Source: an uncultured Desulfobacteraceae bacterium
GTDB lineage: Bacteria > Desulfobacterota > Desulfobacteria > Desulfobacterales > UBA5852
Assembly (NCBI GenBank): GCA_942491115.1
Contig: CALNZV010000020.1
Span: 896,524 to 960,523, forward strand
Length of the DNA: 64,000 nt
Direction: 5' to 3'
Part shown: piece by piece, positions 53,876 to 63,916 of the stretch
Numbering within the stretch: position 1 is the stretch's first letter
How the letters are laid out: every line of letters starts with the position of its first letter
Notes under the pieces: generated by a model
Databases searched by the model: none
What the model was told of the DNA's origin: nothing
The model's input: only the letters and a program-made list of their open reading frames with translations
Program-made: the position numbers and the translations under genes

Positions 53876-54298
53876 TCAGCTGCCAGCGGCCTTTTTCGAC
53901 ACAGACGCATTGAACGCCTCCGCATCGATAATGAAGCGATCATGGGTCCCTTTGGAAATGGGGTCCTTGTCGTCGAATGCCTCCAGAGAAAAGTGCAGCT
54001 TTTTACCGTCGATTTTTTCCAGGCGCCCGTTGACCGTTACCGTCAGGCCGGGAGGAGTGGCGGCGATGTGGCTCACATTGACATGGATGCCGACGGTCTG
54101 CTTCCGGGGCCAGTCGATATGGGGATTGATGAATTTGATACAGGCGAATTCGAATAGCCCGACCATGAAGCCGGTGGCGAATACCTCCGGCATTTCAAGA
54201 CCCTCCTTAAATTCCGGAAACAAATGGGGAACGGTCTTGTTTTCAGGTACGGTGTAGGTGAACGAAAAGGTCATGCCTTCGGCAAGGGGTTGGGTCAT
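53876..54298 (-). CDS. Hotdog-fold thioesterase (FlK / YiiD-C-terminal-like)
   Basis: 140 aa. FSFTYTVPENKTV...VFATGFMVGLFEFACIKFI...VGIHVNVSHIAATPPG matches the thioesterase superfamily pattern. Confidence 0.75.
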   Translation of the reverse strand: MTQPLAEGMTFSFTYTVPENKTVPHLFPEFKEGLEMPEVFATGFMVGLFEFACIKFINPHIDWPRKQTVGIHVNVSHIAATPPGLTVTVNGRLEKIDGKKLHFSLEAFDDKDPISKGTHDRFIIDAEAFNASVSKKAAGS

Positions 54299-54551
54299 CG
54301 TCTCTCTCCTTCCTCATCATGGTCCATTATCGCCTGGGAGTTGGTGAAAGTAAGCGCCCGGGTGAACGCCTGGCAGGGTAGATGGCATTTCCAAAGGGGG
54401 AATGCAAGGGATGTGGAATGCGGTCCGCCCCCCGTCTTCAGCATCAGCCTGAATTCCCGTGCCGATAGATATGGTGGCAGAAGGCCATGTACCAGCGATC
54501 CCAGCCATAACCACTCGATGCCGACCACCGATCAATGAACAGGAGGTGACG

Positions 54552-54857
54552 ATGGGACGATATCCGATCGTAACGAACCCCCATATGACGGACACCGCTG
54601 AGACCTTCGTGATTGCCAGCAGCAGACTGCCGGCTTTTTACATGTCGGATTTTTCGGTTCTGGGCCTTCACGTCAGCCGGTGTGGCGATGCTACAGTCAT
54701 TCTGGAGGAAAATGAGTTTCAGATCATTCGAACGGCGGCCGGCGCCGAAGTGATCCTCGAGAATCCGGGCCAGGTCCGGCTTGCCGTAGACATTCTCAAC
54801 GCCAGAGGCATCGGCTGTGAATTGGCCGACGTGGCCCAGACCCTATACCAGGGGTGA
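54552..54857 (+). CDS. Hypothetical small protein
   Basis: 101 aa from ATG at 54552, with a perfect AGGAGG RBS 6 nt upstream. No family recognised. Confidence 0.55.
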   Translation: MGRYPIVTNPHMTDTAETFVIASSRLPAFYMSDFSVLGLHVSRCGDATVILEENEFQIIRTAAGAEVILENPGQVRLAVDILNARGIGCELADVAQTLYQG

Positions 54858-54930
54858 TAGGGAATCGCCTCCGCCCGTGGGGCGGATGATCCCAGGGACG
54901 GTGCACGGCGACCGCCACGGCCATTTTTGA

Positions 54931-55707
54931 TTAGGGCTTGCAGGCCGTCACGAGCATGCGGTGATTCATGAACCCAAGATCGCCGTCCTCTTTGAAGGGT
55001 GAAAAATCGGTAACCCCCCGAACCGACGAAAAGCCGGCGTTTTCGACCAGCCCCATCAGGCTCTCCAGAGAATAGAGGCGAATGCTGTAGGTCTGATCCC
55101 TGACCATCCCCGAGGTTTTATTCAGGACCAGCTCCCGTGCGCAGATTCTATCGCCTTGAAGTTCCCGCTGCCGGCAAACCACCGTATCGGCGCCGATTTC
55201 GTGCCAGGCATTGGGGGCGAACCGGCGGCGCACCGCATCACCGTTGGTGACATCGATCAGCAGCCATCCACCGGGCTTCAGCACTCGTCGGCTTTCCTTT
55301 AGCATCTGAAGATCGTCTTCCGCCTCGGCCGCATACCCCAGGGAGTTGCCAAGAATCAGTACGTGGTGGTAGGCGCCGGCGTCCAGTTCCAGATGACGGG
55401 CATCACCCTTGATAAACCGGACCGGCCGGTTTTCCCGGGTGGCTTCGGTGGCGCCGATATTGAGCAGGGACTCCGAATAATCCACCACGGTGACCTTATG
55501 AAATCCCTGCCGAGAGAACTCCAGAGAGTGCCGGCCATGGCCGCCGCATAAATCCAGTATTTGGTCCCCCGGTCGAAGGGGAATCAGTTTCCGGATGACC
55601 TTCACCTCACGCCGGGTCAGTTCCGCGTTGCAAACCGAGCGGGCGTCGGTGACAAGGTAGATGTCGTCGAAAAGCGCCTTCCACCAGTCCGGATCCACTT
55701 GAATCAC
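54931..55707 (-). CDS. Class I SAM-dependent methyltransferase
   Basis: Motif I ILDLCGGHGRHS. GTG start at 55707 with a GGAGG RBS, 3 nt after the upstream stop. The long N-terminal part of ORF 54931-56025 overlaps the upstream gene and is rejected. Confidence 0.8.
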   Translation of the reverse strand: MIQVDPDWWKALFDDIYLVTDARSVCNAELTRREVKVIRKLIPLRPGDQILDLCGGHGRHSLEFSRQGFHKVTVVDYSESLLNIGATEATRENRPVRFIKGDARHLELDAGAYHHVLILGNSLGYAAEAEDDLQMLKESRRVLKPGGWLLIDVTNGDAVRRRFAPNAWHEIGADTVVCRQRELQGDRICARELVLNKTSGMVRDQTYSIRLYSLESLMGLVENAGFSSVRGVTDFSPFKEDGDLGFMNHRMLVTACKP

Positions 55708-55709
55708 CG

Positions 55710-57098
55710 TTACACCTCCGGATGGGCCCCGAAACTGAAAAGGCCGTCCGCTGCGAAGATGGCAGGGCCGCCTTTCCAGGGCTGGAGCCTGGCGATATCG
55801 AGTTCCTCGGCTTCGATGTCGATATAGTCGTCCAAGACCCCCGCGTGCCACATTTGTTCGAGCACCAGGCAGTCCTTCCACATGGCCGTGCAGTAGGCAT
55901 CTAACGCCGACAACTGACCGACACTCACAATCCTGGGCCTCAGGGCGATCTTTATGGGGCCGAGAACATAGGTGAACCGCTCCTCGATGGCCAGGCTCTT
56001 CTGGAGATCCTCCAGCTCGCAGCATTCTCGAAAGGACAATCCGGCGATCAACTGGTTGATGCGATCCACCGTCTCGCGAACCCCTGCCCTGTCGTTGATG
56101 ATGGCCACCGGCTGGACCCCGCCGCCGCTTCCCACGTTTGTGGGGACGTCACCGAAACGGCCCAGAAAACCAAACACCCTTCCCGGTCCCACCAGACAGC
56201 GAAAATCGGTTTGCCGGATGACCAGATCGATCGATCCGCGCTCACGGTCGATTTCCGGCATTTCCTCCGCCCACAAGGGCAGGGACACTCGCTCCTGGAC
56301 AATATACCGGCCCTTCTCAAGGGCCAGATCGATGGCCTCATCGGCATTCGGGTGAACGTCCCCGACCCTCACGCCGATACCGGAATACCCCCGTTCGGGT
56401 TTGAGCACCAACCGTTGCCAGTGGCGCCGTGTCCACTCGACCAGATCCCCGACGGCCTCCCCGTCGGGCCCGCTGGTGGACCGTTGGAAAAACCGGCGGG
56501 TCCAGGGGGTCCGTTGGAGGGTTTCAGGATGAAACCGCTCCGGGAAGACCCCCGTGATCACCTCAAACATGCTCTTCACGTTGAAGGGCTCCGTGCCCCG
56601 GGGATTGAGGACCCGGTTCTCCCTGACCGCTTGAATCAGGGGAGAGAGATCGTGCCGGCGGTGCAGCCGCAAGAGGACATCGTTGTTGAAATCCATAAAT
56701 ACGAGGGACACGGGCCGTCCGTTGTGGCAGACTTTCCCATGTCGAATCTCGAACTCGTGGGGCGCCGACAGAATCCCGATGACGCCCTCCTCCCGGTCGA
56801 GCCGCTTGGCCAGGTTGATGTTTTCGGTAACGGTTTCAAGGGTTTCCTCTTCCGCCACCACAGCAATCACGTCTCCAGGTGAGGGGTTGCGGCGCCGGTG
56901 AACGTCCAGGAGCATTTCTGTAAATCCCACCACCGGAAAAAGCAACGGGTGCTCGAAATCGAGGTGGATATCGACCGGGCGCATGCCACAGAGACGGTCC
57001 CATACCTTTTTGGCAATCTCCTGGGTAATCCGCTGATAATCCCACCCACCGGGGCTGCCCAAATTCCATTCCGAATGAAACCCCCAAAATGTCGTCAC
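55710..57098 (-). CDS. Hypothetical protein with an ATP-grasp-like core (possibly circularly permuted type)
   Basis: 462 aa. LVLKPERGYSGIGVRVG...IVQERV...NVGSGGGVQPV resembles ATP-grasp nucleotide-binding strands. The assignment is tentative. Confidence 0.6.
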   Translation of the reverse strand: MTTFWGFHSEWNLGSPGGWDYQRITQEIAKKVWDRLCGMRPVDIHLDFEHPLLFPVVGFTEMLLDVHRRRNPSPGDVIAVVAEEETLETVTENINLAKRLDREEGVIGILSAPHEFEIRHGKVCHNGRPVSLVFMDFNNDVLLRLHRRHDLSPLIQAVRENRVLNPRGTEPFNVKSMFEVITGVFPERFHPETLQRTPWTRRFFQRSTSGPDGEAVGDLVEWTRRHWQRLVLKPERGYSGIGVRVGDVHPNADEAIDLALEKGRYIVQERVSLPLWAEEMPEIDRERGSIDLVIRQTDFRCLVGPGRVFGFLGRFGDVPTNVGSGGGVQPVAIINDRAGVRETVDRINQLIAGLSFRECCELEDLQKSLAIEERFTYVLGPIKIALRPRIVSVGQLSALDAYCTAMWKDCLVLEQMWHAGVLDDYIDIEAEELDIARLQPWKGGPAIFAADGLFSFGAHPEV

Positions 57099-58681
57099 GA
57101 ATCGTCTCCTTTTGCCAGCAGTAAACCTGAAAGATCATCCCAATCGATCTCACCCTCAGTCATTATCCCCCGGACGAAGCCGTCCCTTCGCCCCCCCCCA
57201 CGCTTGAAGGATTCGAACAGATCACGGAAACGGCGGCGGCCGATCGTGTAGGACAGCTGGTAGCCTGGTTTTAGGGCATAGCGCTGAACCATGGCGACGG
57301 CCTTCGTCACCGGCAGCCCTTCGTGGACCAAAGCGGCGACGGCGCTGTCGGGGGATCGCCATCCGGCATGAATGTCCAGGTCGGTTCGACCTCTCAGAGC
57401 TCTCCAAAACCGGCGTTTGGCCATCAACAGGCGCTCCACCGGACCTGAAAAGAATCCCGTATCGAAAAGGACCTCTTCTGAAAAACTGGCCCACCCTTCA
57501 TAGAATAGGGGATATTCGATGGGGCGTCTCAGGGGCCGCCGCAGCGCCCACCGGTTCGCATCCAAGAGGTGGTGCCCAGGAAAGGTTTCGTGGGCGGCCA
57601 GGAGACGATAATCGGCGGGAAGCGAGACCGAGGGCCCTTCCGGCATCAGGAAAAACGTGCCGCCCTTGGGAGGGTGACCGGGGGGCATGCTGAAAGCCGC
57701 TCCGCTTCTGACGAGCCGGAGATAACCGGGAATATCCCGGATGGAGACGACGCAGGCATTGGCCAGTCTCCGGGGTGCCAGGCCCTGCTGAACGCAGTGG
57801 GACCGGAGGTCCGCGATCACCAGTTGATAGAGGGATTTGTGACGGCCTTCGGACTGGCCCGGAACGGGCAGCTCCTTCACCACACTCTGCCACTTTCGCC
57901 CCGGACCCAGGCGTCCGGCCTCCGCTTCCAGCACCTGCCTGCAATCGTCGATCTCCGCCTCGAGCTGCCCGGCAATGGCTCCCAGATCCATCCGGCAGCC
58001 GATATGCCGCTCGGCAATGCGGGCATACTGCTCTTCTGGAAGTCGGAAAGCCTCTGTCACCGGAATGGTGTCGAAATGCCGGGAAAACCGCTCCAGAGAC
58101 TCGAGGGCCCCGGCAATGCCAGGGCCACCGATAGGCGCCATGGATCGTACCCACCGCTTGAGGTCACGGGCCATCCGAAGGCCAATGTCACGAAAGAGAC
58201 GGGGGGGGCGCGGGAGATTGAGGACGGCTGTATCCAGTAGGGCCGGCAGGGAGGACATGCGCAGGCGAAAGGGCTCGTCCCCGGCGTCCAGGGCTTCTGC
58301 CAGACCGATGCCGGCAACGGTAAGATAGAAGGACGGCTGGGTTTTGTGGCCGCCTCCCCAGTCCAGCTGTTCCCGGAGGGTTCTCACCATACCGGTCAAC
58401 ATGCCGAGATCGACCTGATCTTCCGGCAGGATGGCCGCCGTTCGCCGCTCGTCGAGGCATTTCTGCCATTCGGTCATCCTAGCGAGCACCGAGTCGATGG
58501 ACTCTGGGGAGAAATCGTCCCAGCGGGTCCAATCCCGTTCCGGTGAGATGTACTGGGGAAAAAAGTGGAACTCGTCACTGGAAAGGCAGACCGGAAAGTG
58601 GAATGCCAGGGTGCGGTATATATGATCGGCCACCGTCTCGAGGCTGTCGGCCAACGGTGGGGACCCGGTCCTTGAATCCAT
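57095..58681 (-). CDS. DUF885-family protein (metallopeptidase-like HExxPGHH motif)
   Basis: 528 aa with AHETFPGHHLL, characteristic of DUF885. Its stop overlaps the next gene's start. Confidence 0.75.
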   Translation of the reverse strand: MDSRTGSPPLADSLETVADHIYRTLAFHFPVCLSSDEFHFFPQYISPERDWTRWDDFSPESIDSVLARMTEWQKCLDERRTAAILPEDQVDLGMLTGMVRTLREQLDWGGGHKTQPSFYLTVAGIGLAEALDAGDEPFRLRMSSLPALLDTAVLNLPRPPRLFRDIGLRMARDLKRWVRSMAPIGGPGIAGALESLERFSRHFDTIPVTEAFRLPEEQYARIAERHIGCRMDLGAIAGQLEAEIDDCRQVLEAEAGRLGPGRKWQSVVKELPVPGQSEGRHKSLYQLVIADLRSHCVQQGLAPRRLANACVVSIRDIPGYLRLVRSGAAFSMPPGHPPKGGTFFLMPEGPSVSLPADYRLLAAHETFPGHHLLDANRWALRRPLRRPIEYPLFYEGWASFSEEVLFDTGFFSGPVERLLMAKRRFWRALRGRTDLDIHAGWRSPDSAVAALVHEGLPVTKAVAMVQRYALKPGYQLSYTIGRRRFRDLFESFKRGGGRRDGFVRGIMTEGEIDWDDLSGLLLAKGDDS

Positions 58682-59043
58682 TGGGGCGCCTGTGTGCTCC
58701 TAGCCCGGCTCCCCTGGCGCCTCGTCGCGCCTTGCCGGGTTGCTGGCGGTCACGGGTCATAGGGGGGGGAAATCCCACGCCCTTCGACTGACGAATGCCC
58801 ATTCTGTTAGCACAATCGGGATGGACAGGAAACCGCCCACCGCCATTTAACCGCTGGAGGACGACCGTTAAATCCCCCGTTGAAAAGCATGGGAGGTGTT
58901 GGTATGGATGACGTCAACTGCCGTCGGACCCGGTACCATCGACACGCCGACGCCGCCTCCGCCAACCGGGTCTTTATGGATGCCCAGGGGGTCGAAAAGC
59001 GGCGCCGATATTTTCCGGCAGAAGCAGAACCGAGTCTCCGCCC

Positions 59044-59610
59044 ATGAAACCCTCACCGACACCATCCAAAGAGCGATTGCGCTCGATGGTTCAGAGAATC
59101 ACCGACGAGGTGTCGGAACACTATCCATTTACCGTCATTCTATACGGCTCGGCAGCCCGCTATCTGATCGATCAGACCGACGATGCCCCACCCAACGATA
59201 TCGACCTGATGGTGGCCTGCAACAATTCCCTGGCGGCCGTCGAATCCCGGGACTTCGGCTTTCCTTTGGAGCTGCATCGGTTCCATACCGACGAGATAAT
59301 CGCCATTGCGAGGAGCCTTCGCTACGACAGCATCCCCATTGCGCTCTCGAAGCTCTACGGCAAACAAACCCTTCGGGGGCATGCAAGGGACGTGATCGCA
59401 GCCTGCCTGCTTCTTGGCCCGGGCTACCGGGACTTCGGAATCGAACAAATCGATGTGGACGGATTGACGGATTCCCGGGACTATTCGATCCACGAGGTGT
59501 TCCATGGCCGCCAATGGTGGGGTCGACTTCAGGAATATGCCAGGGAGCGCAGAGGGCCATTGAAGCGATGGAGCGACCGGATCGTCATGAATGACCGCTT
59601 CACCCCTTAA
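59044..59610 (+). CDS. Nucleotidyltransferase-domain protein
   Basis: Pol-beta-type NTase signature LYGSAARY...PNDIDLMV (GS...DxD). Confidence 0.65.
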   Translation: MKPSPTPSKERLRSMVQRITDEVSEHYPFTVILYGSAARYLIDQTDDAPPNDIDLMVACNNSLAAVESRDFGFPLELHRFHTDEIIAIARSLRYDSIPIALSKLYGKQTLRGHARDVIAACLLLGPGYRDFGIEQIDVDGLTDSRDYSIHEVFHGRQWWGRLQEYARERRGPLKRWSDRIVMNDRFTP

Positions 59611-59633
59611 CGGCCCGTCCTTCGGTCGGCAGG

Positions 59634-60323
59634 TTATTCGATATCGAACACCATCATCACTTCGGCGCCGATGGACAGCTCTCCCGGCTCGATAGAAGTC
59701 GAAGCCGCAGCCATTCGGGCCTCGGCCATTAGCCGAGGAGCCGGGTGCCGCGGCGTATAGTGGATCTGACGCACCCTTCGAATCGACACCTCTGCCGCTT
59801 CTGCAAGGGCCGTGGCCGTCCTGCGGGCATTCTTCACCGCTAACGCCGCCGCCTTCAGTTCGTATTCGCTCTCGCGGCTGCTCTTGAAGACCAGCCCTCC
59901 CATGCCGCTGGCACCGGCAGAGGCGGCGGCGTCGATCAAGGCCCCTGTTTTCTCTATCGAGTGGGTTTCGACGATGATCTGATTGCGAACCCGATACCCG
60001 GCGGGCCGCAGTCGGTCCCCATTGTCGTACACCGGCGATACGCTGTAGCTGCCCGTCTGAATCCGATCGCCGCCGCCCAGACGCCCTTTTAGAGCGTCGA
60101 AGAGGGCCTTGGATTTTTCGGCGTTCTCCTCCACGGCCTCCGACCCCCGGGGCCGATTGGACTCCACGGTGAAAGCAATCACCGCCATGTCGGGGGCTAC
60201 CGAAACGGCCGCCCTGCCATTCACGTTCAATGTCGACGGAGATGTGTCTTGGGCAGCCGCCGGATGGGTGATCAAAACCGCCACGATCAAAGCCGCGGCC
60301 ACGTTGAAGGGTTTCAGTTTCAT
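59634..60323 (-). CDS. SIMPL-domain (DUF541) periplasmic protein
   Basis: Signal peptide followed by LNVNGRAAVSVAPDMAVIAFTVE...GSYSVSPVY, typical of SIMPL/26-kDa periplasmic proteins. ATG at 60323 with an AAGGAG RBS. Confidence 0.8.
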   Translation of the reverse strand: MKLKPFNVAAALIVAVLITHPAAAQDTSPSTLNVNGRAAVSVAPDMAVIAFTVESNRPRGSEAVEENAEKSKALFDALKGRLGGGDRIQTGSYSVSPVYDNGDRLRPAGYRVRNQIIVETHSIEKTGALIDAAASAGASGMGGLVFKSSRESEYELKAAALAVKNARRTATALAEAAEVSIRRVRQIHYTPRHPAPRLMAEARMAAASTSIEPGELSIGAEVMMVFDIE

Positions 60324-60387
60324 CGGAGACACTCCTTTCAACGGGTGTCGTCAACCATCGAAAGTTGTCCCAGGCGCCGGAATCCGC

Positions 60388-61026
60388 TCACGCCTCGGCA
60401 ATGGCGTGGGCCACCCGGTTGGCGAGGGCCCAAATCGCGTCGGCCTGAAGCACCGATTCGATCGGTCGATCAAAGAGAATTCGAACCTCCGGGGGGAACT
60501 CGTTGTCCCCGGACCAGAGAAGAAAATAAATCGGTATTCGGGGAAACGGCATCATCCGATAGGCCGCATCGGCCATGTCCATGGGGGATCCGCCTAAACT
60601 TTCGGCCGCTCGCCGAAACCCCTCGACATCCTGTCCAAACCGGCGAGCGATGGGCTCGACCTGAAATGCGTGGGGACCGGTAAAAAAATGCGACTCTTTT
60701 AAATCCTTTGCACCGACAATATCCCTCCCGACAGGATAGATGTCATCCACCCTTGCCAGGTAAACCACTGTGACCAATTCCAGAAGCGGGTCATCCGACG
60801 GAACCCACCGGTCTTTCGTCGACCTGAGGAGACATCGGGCATCGATATCGACTCTGAGGGGGTGGCCAAGAAAAGGAAACCCAAGAAGACGAGAAGAAAC
60901 GGGCTCGAATTGGGTAAGGCTACAGAGCCGGTTGATGTCCTGACGCTCTATCCGGTCCCAGAAGTCGCCGTCAACAGGCAGATGAGATCCATCGGATCGA
61001 TAAGGGCTGGATGTGTCGGAGGTCAT
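60388..61026 (-). CDS. DUF3786-domain protein
   Basis: The C-terminal pattern FPRIPIYFLLWSGDNEFPPEVRILFD is typical of DUF3786. ATG at 61026 with GGGAGGAG upstream. Confidence 0.65.
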   Translation of the reverse strand: MTSDTSSPYRSDGSHLPVDGDFWDRIERQDINRLCSLTQFEPVSSRLLGFPFLGHPLRVDIDARCLLRSTKDRWVPSDDPLLELVTVVYLARVDDIYPVGRDIVGAKDLKESHFFTGPHAFQVEPIARRFGQDVEGFRRAAESLGGSPMDMADAAYRMMPFPRIPIYFLLWSGDNEFPPEVRILFDRPIESVLQADAIWALANRVAHAIAEA

Positions 61027-61067
61027 GATCGCCTTTTCTCCTCCCGCCTTCGCCGAAGGCATCGCCG

Positions 61068-61520
61068 TCAGCGACCGATGTCCCGTGAGCCCGGAATGGC
61101 GTAGGTCACTGTCGCATGGGCAACGGGGACCGCCATCCCGTCCGAATAGATGCGAACCGCTCCGACCGCCAGGCGGCGGCCCAGTTTCAAAATTTCCGCT
61201 TCGGCAATGAGGTCCGCCACGGGTGGCTTCTGGAGAAACTGAATGGCAAGCCCGGTGGTAACCGCGAGAGGCTGTGGCCCGATCTGTGACAGCAGTGCCA
61301 GGTAAAAAGTATAATCCGCCAGAGCCATCATGACCGGACCGGATATCGTGCCTCCGGGTCGGAGATCGGCCTCCTGGGTCCGATGGCGCACGCGAGCCCC
61401 CATGACGGGCAGTGCGTCAATCTCGCCGATACCGGCGCTTTGAGGAAACACCTCGTCCATGAGCTTCTGGAGCGCTTCGGGCCCCATTCGATCGGGTTTA
61501 CCGGGGACGGTATCTGCCAT
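61068..61520 (-). CDS. PaaI-family hotdog thioesterase
   Basis: LRPGGTISGPVMMALADYTFYLALL...LAVTTGLAIQFL...GRRLAVG pattern. I chose ATG at 61520; the ORF track reaches 61793. Confidence 0.75.
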   Translation of the reverse strand: MADTVPGKPDRMGPEALQKLMDEVFPQSAGIGEIDALPVMGARVRHRTQEADLRPGGTISGPVMMALADYTFYLALLSQIGPQPLAVTTGLAIQFLQKPPVADLIAEAEILKLGRRLAVGAVRIYSDGMAVPVAHATVTYAIPGSRDIGR

Positions 61521-61893
61521 ATACGCCCTTTCATCCCTGGAGAGGGCGCCGCTGGAATCGACGCCATGACGGTCGGTTGTGGGATTGATTAAAAATAAAC
61601 CGATTTGATCCGTTTTGGCAACCCGTCGACCATCCGCCCGAGTCCATTGACCGGTCATTTCCAAAACCAACAGCCGTCCCGCGATTAGCCCCGTGGCGGG
61701 CGCTTTCTCGGATGGGTTGTTTTCGGTTAACGCTTTTCTCAGAATCAACACCGAAAAAGGCGGACACCAGAGAGGGCAAACAGCCCACAGCAATCAAGAC
61801 TTGCAGGCAAACGGCCGATGTTGTTTGGGAAACGCCTGTAAAGCATTTGAATACATCCGGTTACCTGAACAACACGCCAAAGAGAGAGACCAA

Positions 61894-62448
61894 ATGATCA
61901 GACGGTGGATGAAGCAGGGCGCGGTCCTGTGGATGGGGTTGCTGATACTGTCAGGCTGCGGTGGACTGATGGGGCCGTCAGATGGCGAGGTCATGGAAGC
62001 CTACGAGGCCTCGATCAGCCATTTCCCGGACGTGACCAATGTGCAAGTGGCCCATACTTACACCAACGGTGTCGATCTGGTCATGGCCAACGGCGACAGC
62101 TCCGCTTATCACACCGCCAGCTATGTGGTCAATGGTGGTCTGAACCGCTTCTACGGCCACTGCCTGTTCACGGACTATGAGGACACCGCCACCGGATATG
62201 TGCTAAATGGCGAGATGCGCTATGACTTCTACAGTCCCACGAACGCTCCGGACGACGATTTTTCCGGAACCCTCTCCTGTAATGTCGAACTTAACGGGGG
62301 ACTGGTCAAAACCATGGAATACGAACTCGAGCGCCTTGACAGCGGCAAATCCAAAGTGATCCAGTTCAAGGCGAACGGATCCCGGATCAGCTCGTCACGG
62401 CTGAACATGGCCTCTGTCTTCAGGGATATAAAACGGAGAATGAATTGA
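61894..62448 (+). CDS. Hypothetical lipoprotein
   Basis: MIRRWMKQGAVLWMGLLILSGC has signal peptide and lipobox LSGC. 184 aa. Confidence 0.6.
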   Translation: MIRRWMKQGAVLWMGLLILSGCGGLMGPSDGEVMEAYEASISHFPDVTNVQVAHTYTNGVDLVMANGDSSAYHTASYVVNGGLNRFYGHCLFTDYEDTATGYVLNGEMRYDFYSPTNAPDDDFSGTLSCNVELNGGLVKTMEYELERLDSGKSKVIQFKANGSRISSSRLNMASVFRDIKRRMN

Positions 62449-62558
62449 CGGGGCCGCTCGGCAGGGACGACACCACGTATCATTACCGGATTTGACCGGT
62501 GGACAGGGCGAGAGCGCTCCCACCCGAATGATCGGTCTCCACACCTGACGGAGTTGGC

Positions 62559-62984
62559 ATGGGACGGCTCTTCATCCCCATCATGATCGCAGTTATTGTC
62601 GGTTGTTCGTCACCGGACATGGAAACCATCGACAACAGACTGATCGGCAAATGGACATCCGACAGGGGAAAAACCCTCAGATGGATCAAGGACCACCGGA
62701 CCATAAGGCCGGAAATCCTACGAAAAATGGCCGGCCGATTCGGGAAAATGTCCATCGAATACACCGAAAAAAAGGTCATCGCCACCTATGGAAACCGGCA
62801 AAGCGAATTTGAGATCGTGGTCCTGGGTCGGGACCAGGACTCGGTCGCCGTGATGTCACAAGATCCCATCACCCATAAAAAAGAAATCCTTCTCCTCCAA
62901 TTTGAAAACGACGACACGTATTCCGTCTACATTTCTCCCCTTGAAATAAGGGAATTCTTTGTTAGAATACCCGAGCATCCTTGA
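62559..62984 (+). CDS. Hypothetical lipoprotein
   Basis: MGRLFIPIMIAVIVGCSS has lipobox IVGC. 141 aa. GC looks lower than the window average. Confidence 0.6.
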   Translation: MGRLFIPIMIAVIVGCSSPDMETIDNRLIGKWTSDRGKTLRWIKDHRTIRPEILRKMAGRFGKMSIEYTEKKVIATYGNRQSEFEIVVLGRDQDSVAVMSQDPITHKKEILLLQFENDDTYSVYISPLEIREFFVRIPEHP

Positions 62985-63177
62985 GGATGCGGCAACCGCC
63001 TGACCCCGTTGTCAGCCGCCGCCGGCACGCCCCCCTTTCGAACGATCAAGAGCCGCATCGGCTGCCCCGGCAGGGTGACGACAGTCCAGTCCCGAGACCT
63101 CTGCCCTCTGTATCGATATCCGAAGCGGCCGCCACATGGAGCCGTGTGCCCTATCCCGGATCAAGAAGGGAAATCCA

Positions 63178-63666
63178 ATGAACAAACCGACCGGTAGTCG
63201 ATTGGCCATCATCTGCATCGTCCCCCTGCTCGCCGCCTTGGCATGGACGCCGCTGCAGGCCGATTCCGGCAAGGGATTGACCCGAGGACAAACGGTGTAT
63301 GTTCCAATTTACTCCCATATTTATGCCGGTGACAAGGAGCAGGCCATTCATCTGGCCGCCACCTTGAGCATCCGAAATACCGACATGGAACACGGCATTT
63401 CCATAGACGCCGTGGATTACTACGACTCTAAAGGCAATCGGCTTAAACCCTATCTGAAAGACCCGATGATTTTGGGTGTCCTTGCCTCCACGCGGTTTGT
63501 CGTCGGCGAGTCGGACAAAGCAGGAGGCTCCGGCGCTAATTTTATCGTCAGGTGGTCTGCGGAAGCACCTGTAACTCCTCCGATTATCGAATCCGTCATG
63601 ATCAGCACTCGGGCACAGCTGGGGATCTCGTTCACGTCTCACGGCCAAGTCATCTCGGAGCGCTGA
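63178..63666 (+). CDS. DUF3124-domain protein, secreted
   Basis: Signal peptide followed by GQTVYVPIYSHIY...LSIRNTD...YYDSKG...GGSGANFIVRW...ESVMI, the DUF3124 signature. Confidence 0.7.
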   Translation: MNKPTGSRLAIICIVPLLAALAWTPLQADSGKGLTRGQTVYVPIYSHIYAGDKEQAIHLAATLSIRNTDMEHGISIDAVDYYDSKGNRLKPYLKDPMILGVLASTRFVVGESDKAGGSGANFIVRWSAEAPVTPPIIESVMISTRAQLGISFTSHGQVISER

Positions 63667-63916
63667 TGACCACACCGGATCAACGACCGCCATGGTTCGC
63701 TCCTTTGGAGTCGACGAGAACCACTCCTGATACCGGAGGTTTAGGCACCTCAAGACCCTTCCCCGTAAGCGGTGACGGAGCGGTTTCCGGCTCCTGCCCG
63801 CAATCCTTTTAGGCGATAGCCACCCAGGCCGGCACGATACCGTCGTCCTCTACCTGCCGACCATGGAGAACGGAAACCGTCGTCATTTCAACCACCGATC
63901 AAAGGAGAGAACATCG

